Part shown: piece after piece, positions 21,706 through 35,400 of the stretch
Numbering within the stretch: the first letter of the stretch is position 1
How the letters are laid out: each line of letters starts with the position of its first letter
NCBI GenBank assembly: GCA_032718475.1
Contig: JAUCBJ010001766.1
Span: 1-38,976, forward strand
DNA length: 38,976 nucleotides
Origin: Nemertoderma westbladi
Taxonomy: Eukaryota > Animalia > Xenacoelomorpha
Direction: 5' to 3'
Program-made: the position numbers and the translations under genes
The notes under the pieces: generated by a model
What the model saw: the letters and a program-made list of their open reading frames with translations, nothing else
What the model was told of the DNA's origin: nothing
Databases searched by the model: none

Positions 21706-24110
21706 GGGTAGGTGTAAAACGCGGATCCGGATCCGGATTCAGGATCCGGATACGGATCAGGACACGGATTTGCGAGTGTAAAAGGCGGATCCGGATTTAC
21801 CTACAATCCGTAACTGAGTGTAATATGCGGATTCTGAAATACGCAATCCGTATTGCAGTGTAAAACGCGGATTCATATATTTTATGAATCCGGAATGGAG
21901 TGTAAAATACGGATTTACGTTAATTACCAAGTTTTAATGGATCCGGAATGGAGTGTAATTCACGGATTTTCGTGAATTACCAAGTTTTGTTGGATCCGGA
22001 ATGGAGTGTAAAATACGGATTTTCGTTAATTACCAAGTTTTATTGGATCCGGAATGGAGTGTAAAACACGGATTTCGTTAATAACCAAATTTTGTTGGAT
22101 CCGGAATGGAGTGTAAAACACGGATTTCGTTAATTACCAAGTTTTATTGGATCCGGAATGGAGTGTAATACACGGATTTTCGTGAATTACCAAGTTTTGT
22201 TGGATCCGGAATGGAGTGTAAAACACGGATTTTCGTTAATTACCAAGTTTTATTGGATCCGGAATGGAGTGTAAAACACGGATTTTCGTAATTACCAAGT
22301 TTTGTTGGATCCGGAATGGAGTGTAAAACACGGATTTTCGTTAATTACCAAGTTTTGTTGGATCCGGAATGGAGTGTAAAACACGGATTTTCGTGAATTA
22401 CCAAGTTTTATTGGATCCGGAATGGAGTGTAAAACACGGATTTATGTTAATTACCAAGTTTTATTGGATCCGGAATGGAGTGTAAAACACGGATTTTCGT
22501 TAATTACCAAGTTTTGTTGGATCCGGAATGGAGTTTAAAACACGGATTTTTGTTAATTACCAAGTTTTATTGGATCCGGAATGGGGTGTAAAACGCGGAT
22601 TCAATTTATTTACCAAGTGTTACTAGATCCGGGAAGGTGTGTAAAACGCGGATTGATTCAGGTTAATTACAAAGTGTTACTGGATCCGGGAAGGGGTGTA
22701 AAACGCGGATTGATTCAGGTTAATTACAAAGTGTTACTGGATCCGGGAAGGGGTGTAAAATGCGGATTTACGTTAATTACTGAGTTTGTTAATGAGGGAC
22801 ACAACTATTAATGAGGGACACACATTAATGAGGGACACAAACATTAATGGGGGACACCTTAATAGTTAATAGACACCTTAATAATTAGTCTATGTCTAGG
22901 GGCCACACATAAGCTTAATCCGGCTCTGGGGGACACCTTAAGTGGGAACGTGACCTCCCTGGTAGAGCGGCTCTGTAGACAATTGTATGGTAGGATTACT
23001 GTCCTGTTCCCTGATTGGCTTATCCATCCCAACCTCCCTTACAAACAAGAATCACTGTTCTGCCTAGCTGGCGGTAGTTTGTACTGCATCATAGCGTACT
23101 CTATTTAAGGCCTTGCAAGCGTGCTGCCTTCCTAATTTATGGAGGCTGAACTGTTCAGTATAATTTCTTATTAAACATGGATGACAGTGATGACTTTGTA
23201 AAGGTTCCATTTACGGGATTCGTTATTCCGAGTCCAACCAATGATACAGCCATTGTTGAGCCGCTTGAACTCACTACCCAAACATCGTGCACCCCGAGTC
23301 CGGAGAAGAAAAAACCAGGAAAGTCAGCAAGCCAAGAAAAGTTACTAAAGAACAATAAACATTGCACTAATTAATAATTGTAACTAGATGAGGCTCTGGG
23401 TCTTTATTGCATATGCGTTTTATAAATTGTTCATTAAAACTTACTAATTAACTTGAATCCGCGTTTTACACCCCTTCCCGGATCCAATAAAACTTGGTAA
23501 TTAACATAAATCCGTGTTTTACACTCCGTTCCGGATCCAATAAAACTTGGTAATTAACGTAAATCCGTGTTTTACACTCCATTCCGGATCCAATAAAACT
23601 TGGTAATTAACGTAAATCCGTGTTTTACACTCCATTCCGGATCCAATAAAACTTGATAATTAACGTAAATCCGTGTTTTACACTCCATTCCGGATCCAAT
23701 AAAACTTAGTAATTAACGTAAATCCGCGTTTTATACCCCTTCCCGGATCCAATAAAACATGGTAATTAACTTGAATCCGCGATTTACACCCCTTCCCGGA
23801 GTTAATAAAACTTTGTAATAAACCTGAATCCGTATTTTACACCCAATCCCGGATTCAGTAGAAATATGAATCCGTGTTTTACACTCCGTTCAGGATTTAG
23901 CCTAAAACATGAATCCGCGCTTTACACTCCGTTCCGGATCTGAAAAAAAGGCCAATCCGCATTTTACACTCGGTTAAGGATTCGGTAAATTTAGCAGTGC
24001 ACGGATCCGCAGATTACACCCTAAAAATGTAAATTCAGTCGACTTCCATAGGGACAATGTTAAATGATAGAATCCTGATCCTGATCCGGATCCGCGTTTT
24101 ACTCTGACCC
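21706..24110. mobile_element. Foldback/Mutator-type non-autonomous transposon, 2405 bp
   Basis: Perfect 9-bp TSD ATTTAATTC (21697-21705, 24111-24119). Ends GGGT...GTAAAACGCGGATCCGGATC inverted. Arms are built from about 60-bp tandem units in opposite orientation. Confidence 0.9.
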
Positions 24111-24169
24111 ATTTAATTCCTCTGCCAAATACGGAATGATTTATTTAAAATGGTTTCTTATTATTCTAG

Positions 24170-24334
24170 GTTCGGGCCCAGGACTGGGGGGAGACCCGCA
24201 GTAGGGAGGCGGTTACCAACGTTACCGTTTACTTAGACGACGCAAACGATAACGCCCCGCTCTGGACTGAGACGGGTTGCCGGGCAACCATACCTCGCGC
24301 TTACCCACCCGGTCGAGGGATTATCACGCTTCAG
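24170..24334 (+). CDS. FAT1: Fat-like cadherin exon 6 (absent from the ORF track)
   Basis: TATTCTAG| VRAQDWGETRSREAVTNVTVYLDDANDNAPLW...GIITLQ |GTGATC; 165 nt, phase 0-0. Confidence 0.92.
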
Positions 24335-24779
24335 GTGATCTAACTAGCTAATGTTCTAAAATATTATCGGGATTGGTTAAACCCGTCGTCCATAGAAATT
24401 TACAAAATATTTTGAACGATTTTCTGTAATTTCCGATCGATTATCGATGATTTTCGATTATTACCAATGTAAAATATAAGAAATTATAAATTATTTATTG
24501 GTTAACCTTAATGGATCAACGTAATTATAAATACGGTTAAACATTTCCTGGGATAATCGAAGCTGATACAAGTTGATTACGAGCAAAGGTTTACTGTTTT
24601 GGTTAGGATAATAATCCACATTCCATTCCCTTTAATTATTAATAATTAACAATATTAATTTGCCGAGATAATTTGTTCAACCCCCCCCCCCAAACCCCAA
24701 CAACCCCTGTCTCACTGTACTACTACTATTGGAACTTAATTTGGCGCAAATTTAATTATTATTTATTATTAAACTACAG

Positions 24780-25384
24780 GCGGTAGACTACGACGCTGGC
24801 TCTGTGGTTACCTACCGGGTTGCCGGGGGCAACCGAGGCGATGTGTTCCGAGTGGATCCCCGCACCGGGGTGGTGAGTCTCTCCCGAGCGATCCGGGGGT
24901 CCGACGAGTCGACCTACCGACTCGAGTTTGTCGCCTCCGACGGCCAACTCGATTCCTCCTCCAACTTCCTCAACGTTAGCGTCTACGCGGGCGGCGGAGC
25001 CGGCTCGGTGGCCCGGCAGTTCGCCTGCGCGCAAACCGGGGCGCTTCGCCAAGTCGCTAGATTCGACAGCCAAGCGATCCGTGCGCAACGCGCGCACGAC
25101 TCGTCGCTGAGGCGGTTCTCCGACGACTTCCTCGTGGATCGGCACGCGCCGCGGTTCCCCCCGCAGCAGCGCGACGCCTCGGTCTCCGTCTCGGAGTACC
25201 TCGACGTCGGATCGGCGGTCTTCCAGTTGCGTGCTCGGGATGCTGACAGCCCCGGAGGTGACGGGTTCAGTCCCAGGTTGCGGTACGTTGTCGCCTACGG
25301 GAACGTCGACGGTTGCTTCGGGATCAGCGATTCGCTTCAGGCTGTTACTGTTATCAGTCGGCTAGACCGGGAGAAGACAGACAG
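24780..25384 (+). CDS. FAT1: Fat-like cadherin exon 7
   Basis: CTACAG| AVDYDAGSVVTYRVAGGN...FRVDPRTG...ARDADS...LDREKTD then AG|GTATGT; 605 nt, phase 0-2. Confidence 0.92.
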
Positions 25385-25828
25385 GTATGTAGCCCTCTTG
25401 CGTTGTCAGGTTGCTAACAAGTTAATTTAACATATTAATATTGGTTTCCTAACTTCTAGGTCGGAATTGTCTGGATCCAAATAAATAAAAATAATTAATA
25501 GAAATTACCGGTAATCAATAACAAAAATCTGTGTTCTAGATAATATAATAATATTTTTCTTTTTTGATAGCTAGTATGCTTTAGAACATTTTCAAAAAAT
25601 AGCAAAAACTAGATAGTATTATAAAAATTTGGAGGGGGTCTGCCTAAAAAACACAGAATACACTCAATTCGAAAAGTTCTATACAACTATAAAATTACAT
25701 AGCAAACGTGTCTAGAACGAAGAAATATCCATGGACACATCAATATTATGTTGAATAATAAACAATGTAACGTTATTATTATGTTATTAAAATTATTATT
25801 TATTATTATTATAATTTATAAATTATTT

Positions 25829-26008
25829 GGGTCGGAATTGTCCTATGCTGGATCCGGATAATTCCGACCCGGACAATTCCTACCCATTAAAATTTCATTC
25901 AAGCTCTGAGTGGCTCGGAATTGTCCGTGTCGGAATTGTCCGGGTCGGAATAGTCCGGGTCGGAATTGTCCGGGTCGGAATTGTCCGGGTCGGAATTGTC
26001 CGTACACC
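25829..26008. repeat. 15-bp GGGTCGGAATTGTCC units in direct and inverted orientation (small foldback MITE)
   Basis: Two inverted units (GGA(T/C)AATTCC..CCC) face six direct units. A solo unit also occurs near 25459. Confidence 0.8.
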
Positions 26009-26206
26009 AATGAAAGGGTAGTGTATATTAACCATGAAACATCACGGCCACAATGATCAATTAGTAGCGAGTGGTTAAAGACGGCCAAGTACTGTAGGGT
26101 TGAGCGCAGTGGCAGCAGATGATGGTATGACAGATGGGAGGCCATGAGGAGGTAAATTGCGGACATACAAGGTATCTGATAGTATTTCCAGGTGTATATT
26201 TTACCT

Positions 26207-26320
26207 GAGCCGGTAGCTGAATGGTTAGAGCGTCAGACTTCCAACCCGGAGGTCACCAGTTCGAGCCCACCTGGACGTCATTGCCATATTTGCAAAAAGC
26301 TGTGCCCAACAAAAAGTTAT
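26207..26320 (+). mobile_element. tRNA-derived SINE head
   Basis: A box TAGCTGAATGG, D-arm-like GGTTAGAGCG, B box AGTTCGAGCCC. Stems are too degenerate for a real tRNA. Confidence 0.7.
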
Positions 26321-26327
26321 AATAGCA

Positions 26328-26525
26328 TTTATATGCAATCCAACCTCCTTAGCAGCCCTCTCCACTTTATTTAGTAGAAGCTGTGCATCTGCTAGCATAT
26401 TAGAGAGCAGGGCGATGTCATCCGCAAAGTCGGTGTCTGTGACTGTAGTTGCCGGATATCTACTACTTCTGCGTTCTTGAAGTGTGAATCCCAGGTCTTC
26501 ACCCTTTGTGGCCGTCATCATTGCG
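26328..26525 (-). mobile_element. LINE reverse transcriptase fragment (RTE-like)
   Basis: VTDTDFADDIALLSN...AQLLLNKVERAAKEVGLHIN matches the non-LTR RT FADD and GLxIN motifs. Confidence 0.85.
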
Positions 26526-28151
26526 TATGTGTTTTATTCTCTACATTTCTCCATATGCCATAATCTTTTCTCAATGAAACTAGTGACGGGCCTAGCGGCC
26601 CGATAAGGAACCGACTTTTTATTTTAAATAAGAGACAATAAGAATTAGTATAGAACTAATAATTATGTAAAAATACAATCATATTTCATACAATAATTAT
26701 TAATAAATTCGATCTATTATTAGTTGCTCAATTCTAGAACAAAATCGACCTGCAACTAGTGAAGACCTCGTTTTGGAATTTCGAAACCACGCTGGTGCGA
26801 TGCGCGATATCGTGTTTAGTTAATAAATTGAAAACTCCATCAATTCATGTGAAACCAGTAATAAGAAATCGCGATAAATGTAATTAAATAAAAATTATTC
26901 TAGAAAAATTTTCCTCAAAAAGTATGAAGTCTTGGCGTTGGTGACGCGAAACTAGGCTAGTGAGATTCAGGATATTGCGTTTAATATAAAAATCGAAAAC
27001 GCTATCGAATTCCGTAAAGGCGTTAATAAAATACTGCAACTTTTTTGAAATTTGTAAAATTCTAGAACTAGAAAAAATTATTTTTTGAACGGCGCTGTTT
27101 GGGGTTTCGAAACATGGATAGGCTGAAAGAGGACATCTAATTAAGTTGAAAAATGAAAACCCCATCGAATTTGGACAAAGCGTTCCGGAGTTATAGCGGA
27201 TCGAAAAAAATTGACCCCCCCCAGTCGCCAAAAATTTACAGTAATTTAAAATTTTGCAAAAAAAATTTTTTGCGTTATTTTTGATGGCGAATCGATTGGC
27301 AGTACTGGCTACGAAAAATTTTTTTTTGAAATTTTTGGTCAGAAAAAAAACATGGAAAAAGTATACTTTTAAAAAGATTTGATGTCTTTGCCTATGGTCA
27401 GAGAATGATCCAACTCTGTAACTTGGCAATCGCTCAAATCCATTCAGCTGAATGGCACAGTAGAGTAAACTAAAGTAAATTCCCTATACAATGTTCTGAA
27501 GGGGTGACTGACAGAGAGTAATCCAACAATAAAACATTTTGCAATAATGTTGGCATTAATGTAGCCAACTCACTGTGTACGTAACAGTCATTCAGCTTAC
27601 ATTAGCAGAGTGAGATATTCCCATAGATTGCATTGGGAAGAGTAATTCAGCTGAGGCGATATTAGATTTCAAACTAAACCAACCAGTTAATAATGTTTGC
27701 TTTGACAGAGAGTGGTGGCCTATACAAACAGTATGGGTGTACTGAGTATAATAATCTTGGCAACCTCATCGATTTATTACTAAGCCTTCTGTAGAAATGC
27801 ATTACATAAGCCATTTTTCATCACGACACCAGCTGTCATGGGTGTTATTTTACCATTGCGCCTATGGCGTTTTTTCGTTTATGTCTATTTTTCGAGCCCA
27901 CGGCTCATGGACGAAATAGCGGAACATACCAGGGACCTTAGAATCGCGGTATCTAGCCGCTGTGAAAATTTCATCAAAATCGTTAGAGTAGTTTTGGCTG
28001 TAGATCAGTCAGCCAGCCAGTCAGCCAGCCAGCCAGCCAGTCTCGAGCAATTCTTACAGTAATGAACCTCTCGGTTCCTCTTTTACTACTAGTGACGGGC
28101 CTAGCGGCCCGATAAGGAACCGACTTTTTATTCCAAATAAAGGAGACAACG

Positions 28152-29103
28152 AGCTCGGCTCGGTCTGGCATGATTGGGCTCGATTCAGTTCGACTTGGCT
28201 TGATCGGCTCGGTTTGGCTCGATTGGGCTCGACTCGACTCAGCTCGATTCGGCTCAATCAGCTTGATTGGGTTCGACTCGGCTTGGTTCGGCTCAATTGG
28301 GCTCGACTCGGCTCGATTGGTCTCGACTCGGCTCGATTGGGCTTGAATCGGCTCGATTGGTCTCGACTCGGCTCGATTGGGCTTGAATCGGCTCGATTGG
28401 GATTAATTGGGCTTGACTCGGATCGATTTGGCTCAACTTGGCTCAGTCCGGCTCGACTGGGCTTGGTCCGGCTCAATTGGGCTCGACTAGGCTTGATTGG
28501 GCTCTACTCGGCTCTATTGGGCTCGACTCGGTTCGATTGGGCTTAACTCGGCTCAGTCGGGCTCGACTCGGCTTGATTAGGCTCAACTCGGCTCCGTCCG
28601 GATCAATTGGGCTCGACTCGGCTTGATTGGTCTTGACTCGACTCAGTCTGGCTCAATTTGGCATGTCACGGCTCGATTGGTTTCGGCTCAGCTCGGTCTG
28701 AGTCGACTCAGCTCGATTCGGCTCAATCGGCTCGATTCGGTTCGACTTGGCTCGGTCCGGCTCGACTTGGCTCAATTGGGCTCGATTCGGCTCAATCCGC
28801 TCAACTCGGCTCGATTGGGATTGATTGGGCTTGACCCGGTTCGATTTGGCTCAACTTGGCACAGTCTGGCTCGATTGGGCTCGACTTGGCCCAGTCCGGC
28901 TCAATTGGGCTCGACTAGGATTGATTGGGCTCGACTCGGCTCTATTGGGCTCGACTCGACTCGATTGGGCTTGAATCGGCTCAGTCTGGCTCGCTCGGCT
29001 TAATTGGGCTCAACTCGGCTCCGTTCGGCTCGATTGGGCTCGACTCGGCTTGATCGCCTCGATTGGTTCTATTCGGCTCGATCGGTATGATTCGGCTCGA
29101 TTG
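28152..29103. repeat. Degenerate pentanucleotide repeat (GGCTC/GACTC/GATTG) inside array unit 2
   Basis: About 950 bp of 5-bp periodicity; source of the low-complexity ORFs at 28214-29003. Confidence 0.95.
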
Positions 29104-29104
29104 A

Positions 29105-29441
29105 CACATGCTGCTGGAAGGGTCAAAGCCAAACTCACGTGCTGCTCGAAGGGACAAAGTCAAACAGTGTGTCTATTATTTGATGTAACTCACGTGCTGC
29201 TCGAAGGGCACAACATCATATATCAAGGGTCAAAGCAAAACTCACGTGCTGCTCGAAGGGACAAAGTCAAACAGTGTGTCTATTATTTGATGTAACTCAC
29301 GTGCTGCTCGAAGGGCGCAAATACATATATCGAAGGGTCAAAGCCAAACTCACGTGCTGCTCGAAGGGACAACTCAAACATTGTGTCTAATATTTGATTA
29401 ACTCACGTGCTGCTCGAAGGGCGCAACTACATATATCGAAA
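29105..29441. repeat. Tandem repeat of about 54 bp (alternating, about 107-bp dimer) with AACTCACGTGCTGCTCGAAGGG core
   Basis: Six exact core copies near 29132, 29188, 29239, 29294, 29347 and 29400. Confidence 0.9.
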
Positions 29442-32400
29442 CAAGCCCTTGTCTTGTATTTTAATTATATCAGAAATCCTTGCCTTCAGTACAAAATATC
29501 TAAAAATTCATTTACCTGAAGTATGGGTAACATCATAAATTCGCTTTTCACACAGTAGTTAACTAAAGCAAATACCCTTCAGGTTGACTGAATGATTTTA
29601 TTAATGTTTGCCCTGCATATGCATAATGTACTATATTTGGGTCCCATGACCCACCCCATTGCTTACATCTGATAGAGAGTAATCCCAAATTAACTTCCCT
29701 CTACGAAAATTATTTTAATTAAATACATACAACATGGCAGTCAACTCTACACTCAACAGTACACAATAACTAAAATGGCATTCAGCTTACCAGCTATTCG
29801 CATTAAGCTAATAGATATTCGATTTCATTCGATTCAGTGAGTGTGTGAGGGCTATTGGGAGAGCAATCAGCTTATGATGTAATACATTAGAAGCCCACAG
29901 CTTATGTTTGCTCACTGTCTGAGTTGTAGAGTGAGGATAATACTTGGCACAGAAAGCATTTCCTTGTTAGGTGGCCATTCCTATAGAATAGCATTACTAG
30001 GCCATCTCTATCCATTTTTCATGAGTGCCAGCTGGTGTTTTTATCATTGCGCCTATGGCGTTTTTTCGTTTATGTCTATTTTTCGAGCCCACGGCTCATG
30101 GACGAAATAGCGGAACATACCAGGGACCTTAGAATCGCGGTATCTAGCCGCTGTGAAAATTTCATCAAAATCGTTAGAGTAGTTTTGGCTGTAGATCAGT
30201 CAGTCAGTCAGTCAGTCAGTCAGTCAGCCAGCCAGCCAGTCTCGAGCAATTCTTACAGTAATGAACCTCTCGGTTCCTAACTAGTGACGGGCCTAGCGGC
30301 CCGATAAGGAACCGACTTTTTATTTTAAATAAAAGAGACAACGAGAATTAGTATAGTTCTAATAATTATCTAAAAATACAATCATATTTCATACAATAAT
30401 TATTAATAAATTCGATCCATTATTTAGTTGCTCAATTCTAGAACAAAATCGACCTGCAACTAGTGAAGACCTCGTTTTGGAATTTCGAAACCACGCTGGT
30501 GCGATGCGCAATATCGTGTTTAGTTAATAAATTGAAAACTCCATCAATTCATGTGCAATCAGTAATAAGAAATCGCGATAAATGTAATTAAATAAAAATT
30601 ATTCTAGAAAAATTTTCCTCAAAAAGTATGAAATCTTGGCATTGGTGACGCGAAACTAGGCTAGTGAGATTCAGGATATTGCGTTTAATATAAAAATCGA
30701 AAACGCTATCGAATTCCGTAAAGGCGTTAATAAAATACTGCAACTTTTTTGAAATTTGTAAAATTCTAGAACTAGAAAAAAATAATTTTTGAACGGCGCT
30801 GTTTGGGGTTTCAAAACATGGATAGGCTGAAAGAGGACATCGAATTAAGTTTAAAAATGAAAACCCCATCGAATTTGGACAAAGCGTTCAGGAGTTATAG
30901 CGGATCGAAAAAAATTTACCCCCCCCAGTCGCCAAAAATTTACAGTAATTTAAAATTTTGCAAAAAAATTTTTTTGCGTTATTTTTGATGGCGAATCGAT
31001 TGGCAGTACTGGCTACGAAAATTTTTTTTTGAAATTTTTGGTCAGAAAAAAAAACATGGAAAAAGTATATTTTTAAAAAGATTTGATGTCTTTGCCTATG
31101 GTCAGAGAATGATCCAACTCTGTACTTGGCAATCGCTCAAATCCATTCAGCTGAATGGCACAGTAGAGTAAACTAAAGTAAATTCCCTATACAATGTTCT
31201 GAAGGGGAGACTGGCAGAGAGTATTCCAACCATAAAACATTTTGCAATAATGTTGGCATTAATGTAGCCAACACACTGTGTACTTAAGTCATTCAGCTTA
31301 CATTAGCAGAGTGAGATATTCCCATAGATTGCATTGGGAAGAGTAATTCAGCTGAGGCGATATTAGATTTCAAACTAAACCAACGAGTTAATGTTTGCTT
31401 TGACAGAGAGTGGTGGCCTATACAAACAGTATGGGTGTACTGAGTATAATAATCTTGGCAACCTCATCGATTTATTACTAAGCCTTGTGTAGAAATGCAT
31501 TACATAAGCCATTTTTCATCAGGACACCAGCTGTCATGGGTGTTATTTTACTATTGCGCCTATGGCGTTTTTTCGTTTATCTCTATTTTTCGAGCCCAGA
31601 GGCTATGGACGGAGTAGCCGATCATGCCAGGGACCTTAGAATCGCGGTATCTAGATGCTGTGAAAATTTCATCAAAATCGTTAGAGTAGTTTTGGCTGTA
31701 GATTAGCCAGTCAGCCAGCCAGTCAGTCAACAATTCTTACAGTAATGAACCTCTCGGTTCCTAACTAGTGACGGGCCTAGCGGCCCGATAAGGAACCGAC
31801 TTTTTATTTTAAATAAAAGAGACAACGAGAATTAGTATAGAACTAATCATTATGTAAAAATACAATCATATTTCATACAATAATTATTAATAAATTCAAT
31901 CTATTATAAGTTGCTCAATTCTAGAACAAAAACGACATGCAACTAGTGAAGACCTCGTTTTGGAATTTCGAAACCACGCTAGTGCGATGCGCGATATCGT
32001 GTTTAGTTAATAAATTGAAAACTCCATCAATTCATGTGCAACCAGTAATAAGAAATCGCGATAAATGTAATTAAATAAAAATTATTCTAGAAAAATTTTC
32101 CTCTAAAAGTATGAAGTCTTGGCATTGGTGACGCGAAACTAGGCTAGTGAGATTCAGGATATTGCGTTTAATATAAAAATCGAAAACGCTATCAAATTCC
32201 GTAAAGGCGTTAATAAAATACTGCAACTTTTTTGAAATTTGTAAAATTCTAGAACTAGAAAAAATTAATTTTTGAACGGTGCTGTTTGGGGTTTCGAAAA
32301 ATGGATAGGCTGAAAGAGGACGTCGAATTAAGTTGAAAAATAAAAACCCCATCGAATTTGGACAAAGCGTTCCGAAGTTATAGCGGATCGAAAAAAATTG

Positions 32401-35400
32401 ACCCCCCCCCAGTCCCCAAAAATTTACAGTAATTTCAAATTTTGCAAAAAAAAATTTTTGCGTTATTTTTGATGGCGAATCGATTGGCAGTACTGGCTAC
32501 AAAAATTTTTTTTTTTAATTTTTGGTCAGAAAAAAAACATGGAAAAAGTATCTTTTTAAAAAGATTTGATGTCTTTGCCTATGGTCAGAGAATGATCCAA
32601 CTCTGTAACTTGGCAATTGCTCAAATCCATTCAGCTGAATGGCACTAAACTAAATTCCCTATACAATGTTCTGAAGGGGAGACTGACAGAGAGTAATCCA
32701 ACAATAAAACATTTTGCAATAATGTTGGTCTTAGCCTTACAGAGTATCAGTATAAGGCTGAGTAAACATTCCACCTTATAAGCATACAGCCTCCACAGTA
32801 TTAATGTTGGCATTAATGTAGCCGATACACTGTATACCTAATAGTCATTCAGCAGGGGGAAGAGTTATTCACCTGAGGCGGTAATAGATTGCAGTTGGCA
32901 GCCTCATCGATTTATACTAAGCCTGTGTAGAACCACAAACTAAATCAACCAGTTAATATTTGCTTTGACAGAGAGTGCAGGGCCTAAACAAACAGTATGG
33001 GTGTACTAAGTATAATAATCTTGGCAACCTCATCGATTTATTACTAAGCCTTGTGTAGAAATGCATTACATAAACCATTTTTCATCAGGACACCAGCTGT
33101 CATTGGTGTTATTTTACCATTGCGCCTATGGCGTTTTTTCGTTTATGTCTATTTTTCGAGCCCACGGCTCATGGACGAAATAGCGGAACATACCAGGGAC
33201 CTTAGAATCGCGGTATCCAGCCGCTGTGAAAATTTCGTCAAAATCGTTAGAGTAGTTTTGGCTATAGATTAACCAGCCAGTCAATCAATCAGCCAACAAT
33301 TCTTACAGTAATGAACCTCTCGGTTCGTGACGGGCCTAGCGGCCCGATAAGGAACCGACTTTTTATTTTAAATAAAAGAGACAACGAGAATTAGTATAGA
33401 ACTAATAATTATGTAAAAATACAATCATATTTCATACAATAATTATTAATAAATTCGATCTATTATTAGTTGCTCAATTCTAGAACAAAATCGACCTGCA
33501 ACTAGTGAAGACCTCGTTTTGGAATTTCGAAACCACGCTGGTGCGATGCGCGATATCGTGTTTAGTTAATAAATTGAAAACTCCATCAATTCATGTGCAA
33601 CCAGTAATAAGAAATCGCGATAAATGTAATTAAATGAAAATTATTCTAGAAAAATTCTCCTCAAAAAGTATGAAGTCTTGGCGTTGGTGACGCGAAACTA
33701 GGCTAGTGAGATTCAGGATATTGCGTTTAATATAAAAATCGAAAACGCTATCGAATTCCGTAAAGGCGTTAATAAAATACTGCAACTTTTTTGAAATTTG
33801 TAAAATTCTAGAACTAGAAAAAATTAAATTTTGAACGGCGCTGTTTGGGGTTTGGAAACATGGATAGGCTGAAAGAGGACATCGAATTAAGTTGAAAAAT
33901 GAAAACCCCATCGAATTTGGACAAAGCGTTCCGGAGTTATAGCGGATCGAAAAAAATTGATCCCCCCCAGTCGCCAAAAATTTACAGTAATTTAAAATTT
34001 TGCAAAAAAAATTTTTTGCGTTATTTTTGATGGCGAATCGATTGGCAGTACTGGCTACGAAAAAATTTTTTTTGAAAGTTTTGGTCAGAAAAAAAAACAT
34101 GGAAAAAGTATATTTTTAAAAAGATTTGATGTCTTTGCCTATGGTCAGAGAATGATCCAACTCTGTAACTTGGCAATCGCTCAAATCCATTCAGCTGAAT
34201 GGCACAGTAGAGTAAACTAAAGTATATTCCCTATACAATGTTCTGAAGGGGAGACTGACAGAGAGTCCAACAATAAAACATTTTGCAAAAATGTTGACAT
34301 TAATGTAGCCAACTCACTGTGTACTTAAGTCATTCAGCTTACATTAGCAGAGGGAGATATTCCCATAGAGTGCGCATTGGGAAGAGTAATTCAGCTGAGC
34401 CGATAATAGATTTCAAACTAAACCAACCAGTTAATATTTGCTTTGACAGAGAGTGCAGGGCCTAAACAAACAGTATGGGTGTACTAAGTACAATAATCTT
34501 GGCAACCTCATCGATTTATACTAAGCCTTGTGTAGAAATGCATTACATAAGCCATTTTTCATCAGGACACCAGCTGTCATGGGTGTTATTTTACCATTGC
34601 GCCTATGGCGTTTTTTCGTTTATCTCTATTTTTCGAGCCCAGAGGCTATGGACGGAGTAGCCGATCATGCCAGGGACCTTAGAATCGCGGTATCTAGCCG
34701 CTGTGAAAATTTCATCAAAATCGTTAGAGTAGTTTTGGCTGTAGATCAGTCAGTCAGCCAGTCAGCCAACAATTCTTACAGTAATGAACCTCTCGGTTCC
34801 TAACTAGTGACGGGCCTAGCGGCCCGATAAGGAACCGACTTTTTATTTCAAATAAAAGAGACAACGAGAATTATTATAGAACTAATAATTATGTAAAAAT
34901 ACAATCATATTTCATACAATAATTATTAATAAATTCGATCTATTATTAGTTACTCAATTCTAAAACAAAATCGACCTGCAACTAGTGAAGACCTCGTTTT
35001 GGAATTTCGAAACCACGCTGGTGCGATGCGCGATATCGTGTTTAGTTAATAAATTGAAAACTCCATCAATTCATGTGCAACCAGTAATAAGAAATCGCGA
35101 TAAATGTAATTAAATAAAAATTATTCTAGAAAAATTTTCCTCAAAAAGTATGAAGTCTTGGCGTTGGTGACGCGAAACTAGGCTAGTGAGATTCAGGATA
35201 TTGCGTTTAATATAAAAATCGAAAACGCTATCGAATTCCGTAAAGGCGTTAATAAAATACTGAAACTTTTTTGAAATTTGTAAAATTCTAGAACTGGAAA
35301 AAAATATTTTTTGAACGGCGCTGTTTGGGGTTTGGAAACATGGATAGGCTGAAAGAGGACATCTAATTAAGTTGAAAAATGAAAACCCCATCGAATTTAG

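Noticed and set aside
26207-26280. Functional tRNA-Gly(TCC)
   Set aside because: Anticodon, T and acceptor stems pair poorly; better explained as a SINE head.
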